Below, one piece after another: positions 49,434-51,278 of a DNA stretch of 51,278 nt; positions within the stretch are counted from its first letter, which is position 1; each line of letters starts with the position of its first letter. Origin of the DNA: Candidatus Peribacteria bacterium (GTDB lineage Bacteria; Patescibacteriota; Gracilibacteria; UBA1369; UBA12463). Location of the stretch: contig CALQZC010000003.1 in NCBI GenBank assembly GCA_943349045.1, positions 1 through 51,278 of the forward strand. Reading direction: 5' to 3'. The translations under genes were made by a program, and so were the position numbers. The notes beneath the pieces are model-generated. The model had not been told where the DNA came from, searched no databases, and was given only the letters and a program-made list of their open reading frames with translations.

Positions 49434-50168
49434 ATGATTGAGAGTTTCGCAACAAACGTATACATTTTTTACACCGTTGCATTCCTCAGTTCCATTGCAT
49501 CAACGGCACTCGGCATTGGAAGTGGGATTTTGATACCACTTGCCGCACTCTTTTATGGCCCGAAAGAAAGCATCGGAATTATGACTCTTTATTTCTGCGT
49601 ACAAAATATAAACAAAATCATTCTCTTCAAAAAATACATACACTGGAAGATCGTAAAAAAAGTGGTAATCTGGGCTATTCCAGGCGCAATTGCAGGAAGT
49701 CTTCTTCTTACTTATATCCCGGAGGATTTTTTCAAAAAATTCCTGGCCATCGCTATGATTATGTATATCGCTAACGACATCATTCGAAAAAAATACAAAA
49801 AAACTGAAATTGAAGACGAAAAGAATATTCCAATTTTAGGAGTAGCGTACGGATTTTTCTCAGGACTCCTCGGAAGTGGAAACATCATTAAAGGTCCGTT
49901 ATTCACCTCTCTGGGACTCATAAAAGAAACCTACCTTGGAACCTACTCAATAACATCATTTCTCTTAAACATCCCAAAAGTTACCGTTTACACATTTTCA
50001 AATATCATAAACACATCAGTTCTTATTCAGGCACTTCCCTTCATCAGTATATCCATTATAGGAACTCAGATAGGGAAAAATTTCCTGAAGAGAATAAACA
50101 ACAACTTCTTTTATATTGCGATTAATATCTCATGTATCGTATCGGCACTACTTTTATTAGCGGAGTAA
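49434..50168 (+). CDS. TauE/SafE-family transporter
   Basis: Multi-TM; LGIGSGIL, PGAIAGS, GFFSGLLGSG, GTQIG. Confidence 0.85.
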   Translation: MIESFATNVYIFYTVAFLSSIASTALGIGSGILIPLAALFYGPKESIGIMTLYFCVQNINKIILFKKYIHWKIVKKVVIWAIPGAIAGSLLLTYIPEDFFKKFLAIAMIMYIANDIIRKKYKKTEIEDEKNIPILGVAYGFFSGLLGSGNIIKGPLFTSLGLIKETYLGTYSITSFLLNIPKVTVYTFSNIINTSVLIQALPFISISIIGTQIGKNFLKRINNNFFYIAINISCIVSALLLLAE

Positions 50169-50171
50169 CAT

Positions 50172-50858
50172 CTAGGCCACCAAAGGGTCGTACCAAAGAA
50201 TTACATTTCCATTACTGACCATCTTGCTAAATTCCGGTTCCCCAATATCATGCTGCAATTCTTTTGCCAAGGGATGATCTGAGCCCAAGAGTATCTCTTG
50301 CGTTGCAGGAAAATACTTTCTCATATGCCCAATAATTGCAGGATTTTTTGTCACGGTCATAATGGGACAATCTGGATGATTTTCCAGCAAACACTGGACA
50401 GCAGCATTTTTAATTTTCGTATAATATCCCTTACCACGATACTCATCTAAAACTGTTCCCTTTGTCGTTCCATAAACCTCTCGCCCTTCCCATTCCATGC
50501 TTCTATAGAAACCAATAATACCGACCACTCGCCCATTGGATTTACCAATCATGAGCTCTCCATTTGCCAGTAATTTTCTGATTCTATTTTGATATCCTTG
50601 AATAAAATCGCGACGCGTATATCCGGGATAGACAAAATCTGCGATCTTGGAAATTATTTTCGCCTTACTCCTTACGGCCTGAATCGCGTCCTTAATTCCC
50701 ATTCGCGTTTTTTCCCATTTCACATCAAGTGAATCGAAGGTATTCGTCACAAGACTTTCAGCAAGTGCTGAGATATCCTGTTCTGTTAAATCTCCAGGCT
50801 GAGCGATACCAACTTCCAGTTCAGAAGTTTGGGATTCGGGATTGTTATGACTTTCCAT
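50172..50858 (-). CDS. GNAT-family N-acetyltransferase
   Basis: GRVVGII and motif A VLDEYRGKGY. Confidence 0.7.
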   Translation of the reverse strand: MESHNNPESQTSELEVGIAQPGDLTEQDISALAESLVTNTFDSLDVKWEKTRMGIKDAIQAVRSKAKIISKIADFVYPGYTRRDFIQGYQNRIRKLLANGELMIGKSNGRVVGIIGFYRSMEWEGREVYGTTKGTVLDEYRGKGYYTKIKNAAVQCLLENHPDCPIMTVTKNPAIIGHMRKYFPATQEILLGSDHPLAKELQHDIGEPEFSKMVSNGNVILWYDPLVA

Positions 50859-50906
50859 GGATTGTAAATTAATCTATAAATTATAGCACATATGAGCAAA
50901 TTATTC

Positions 50907-51087
50907 CAGGAATTCTCCACCACAATTATCCCCGATCCGCAACTCAGAAAGTTGTCATTTTTGGCTTACTTAAGGTAAGATTCAAGCACATTTCAGATAG
51001 CGGCAATCAGCACAGTATCTCACCGGAAAGGCCCGCAAAACGCATACCAGACATCTGGTATCCCTATTTTGCTAACCTCTCCTCCTT
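50907..51087 (+). repeat. Conserved upstream element, copy 2
   Basis: Colinear with 12146-12307; TTGTCA-N18-TAAGAT; GCAAAA/TTTTGC stem enclosing ATACCAG/CTGGTAT. Confidence 0.85.
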
Positions 51088-51278
51088 ATGATTGATACTG
51101 CGAACCTTTCTGACCTCGAACTCCTTACCCTCTGTCAGCAGTACGGCGAGGCCACGCTTATGTGGCGTCGCAAGTTTCTTGGACTTCTTCCAGAAGTGCA
51201 CAAAAGAAAACTGTATGAACAAAAAGGATTCACCTCCGTGTTTCATTTTGCAAAAGTTATGGCAGGCGTGAGTGAAGA
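51088..51278 (+). CDS. 5' part (runs off window) of a close paralog of the 12308 protein
   Basis: Manual translation MIDTANLSDLELLTLCQQYGEATLMWRRKFLGLLPEVHKRKLYEQKGFTSVFHFAKVMAGVSE; 45 of 63 aa identical to 12308. Confidence 0.9.
   Translation, partial: MIDTANLSDLELLTLCQQYGEATLMWRRKFLGLLPEVHKRKLYEQKGFTSVFHFAKVMAGVSE

Noticed and set aside
1-51278. CRISPR array, cas genes, reverse transcriptase, integrase or transposase
   Set aside because: No regularly spaced repeats or diagnostic motifs seen.

Overview
Chromosomal segment of a bacterium using standard code 11. Gene content (AMP phosphorylase plus ribose-1,5-bisphosphate isomerase, SLH proteins, short L34, mostly no Shine-Dalgarno motifs, many orphans) suggests Patescibacteria/CPR, most like Peregrinibacteria; this is an inference. 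Housekeeping genes: secA, ftsK, gltX, galE, pta-ackA, rpmH-rnpA-yidC-jag, tRNA-Glu and an Rrf2-sufCBD-Rieske-sufSUT operon, interspersed with orphans. Top observations: (1) a ~1.3-kb cassette (15750-17051) with an unknown 193-aa ORF of foreign GC3-rich codon usage and a canonical SD, flanked by ~300-nt regions that can fold into nested hairpins; (2) a three-member family of DUF222-like proteins, one with an HNH domain, where two copies share a ~160-180-nt upstream element with a promoter and a hairpin conserved in structure rather than sequence; (3) a PhnN/Gmk-like kinase-Nudix fusion split by one in-frame TAG, in a window that also has the R15P-producing AMP pathway but no RubisCO. All calls are by eye; no searches or folding programs were run.
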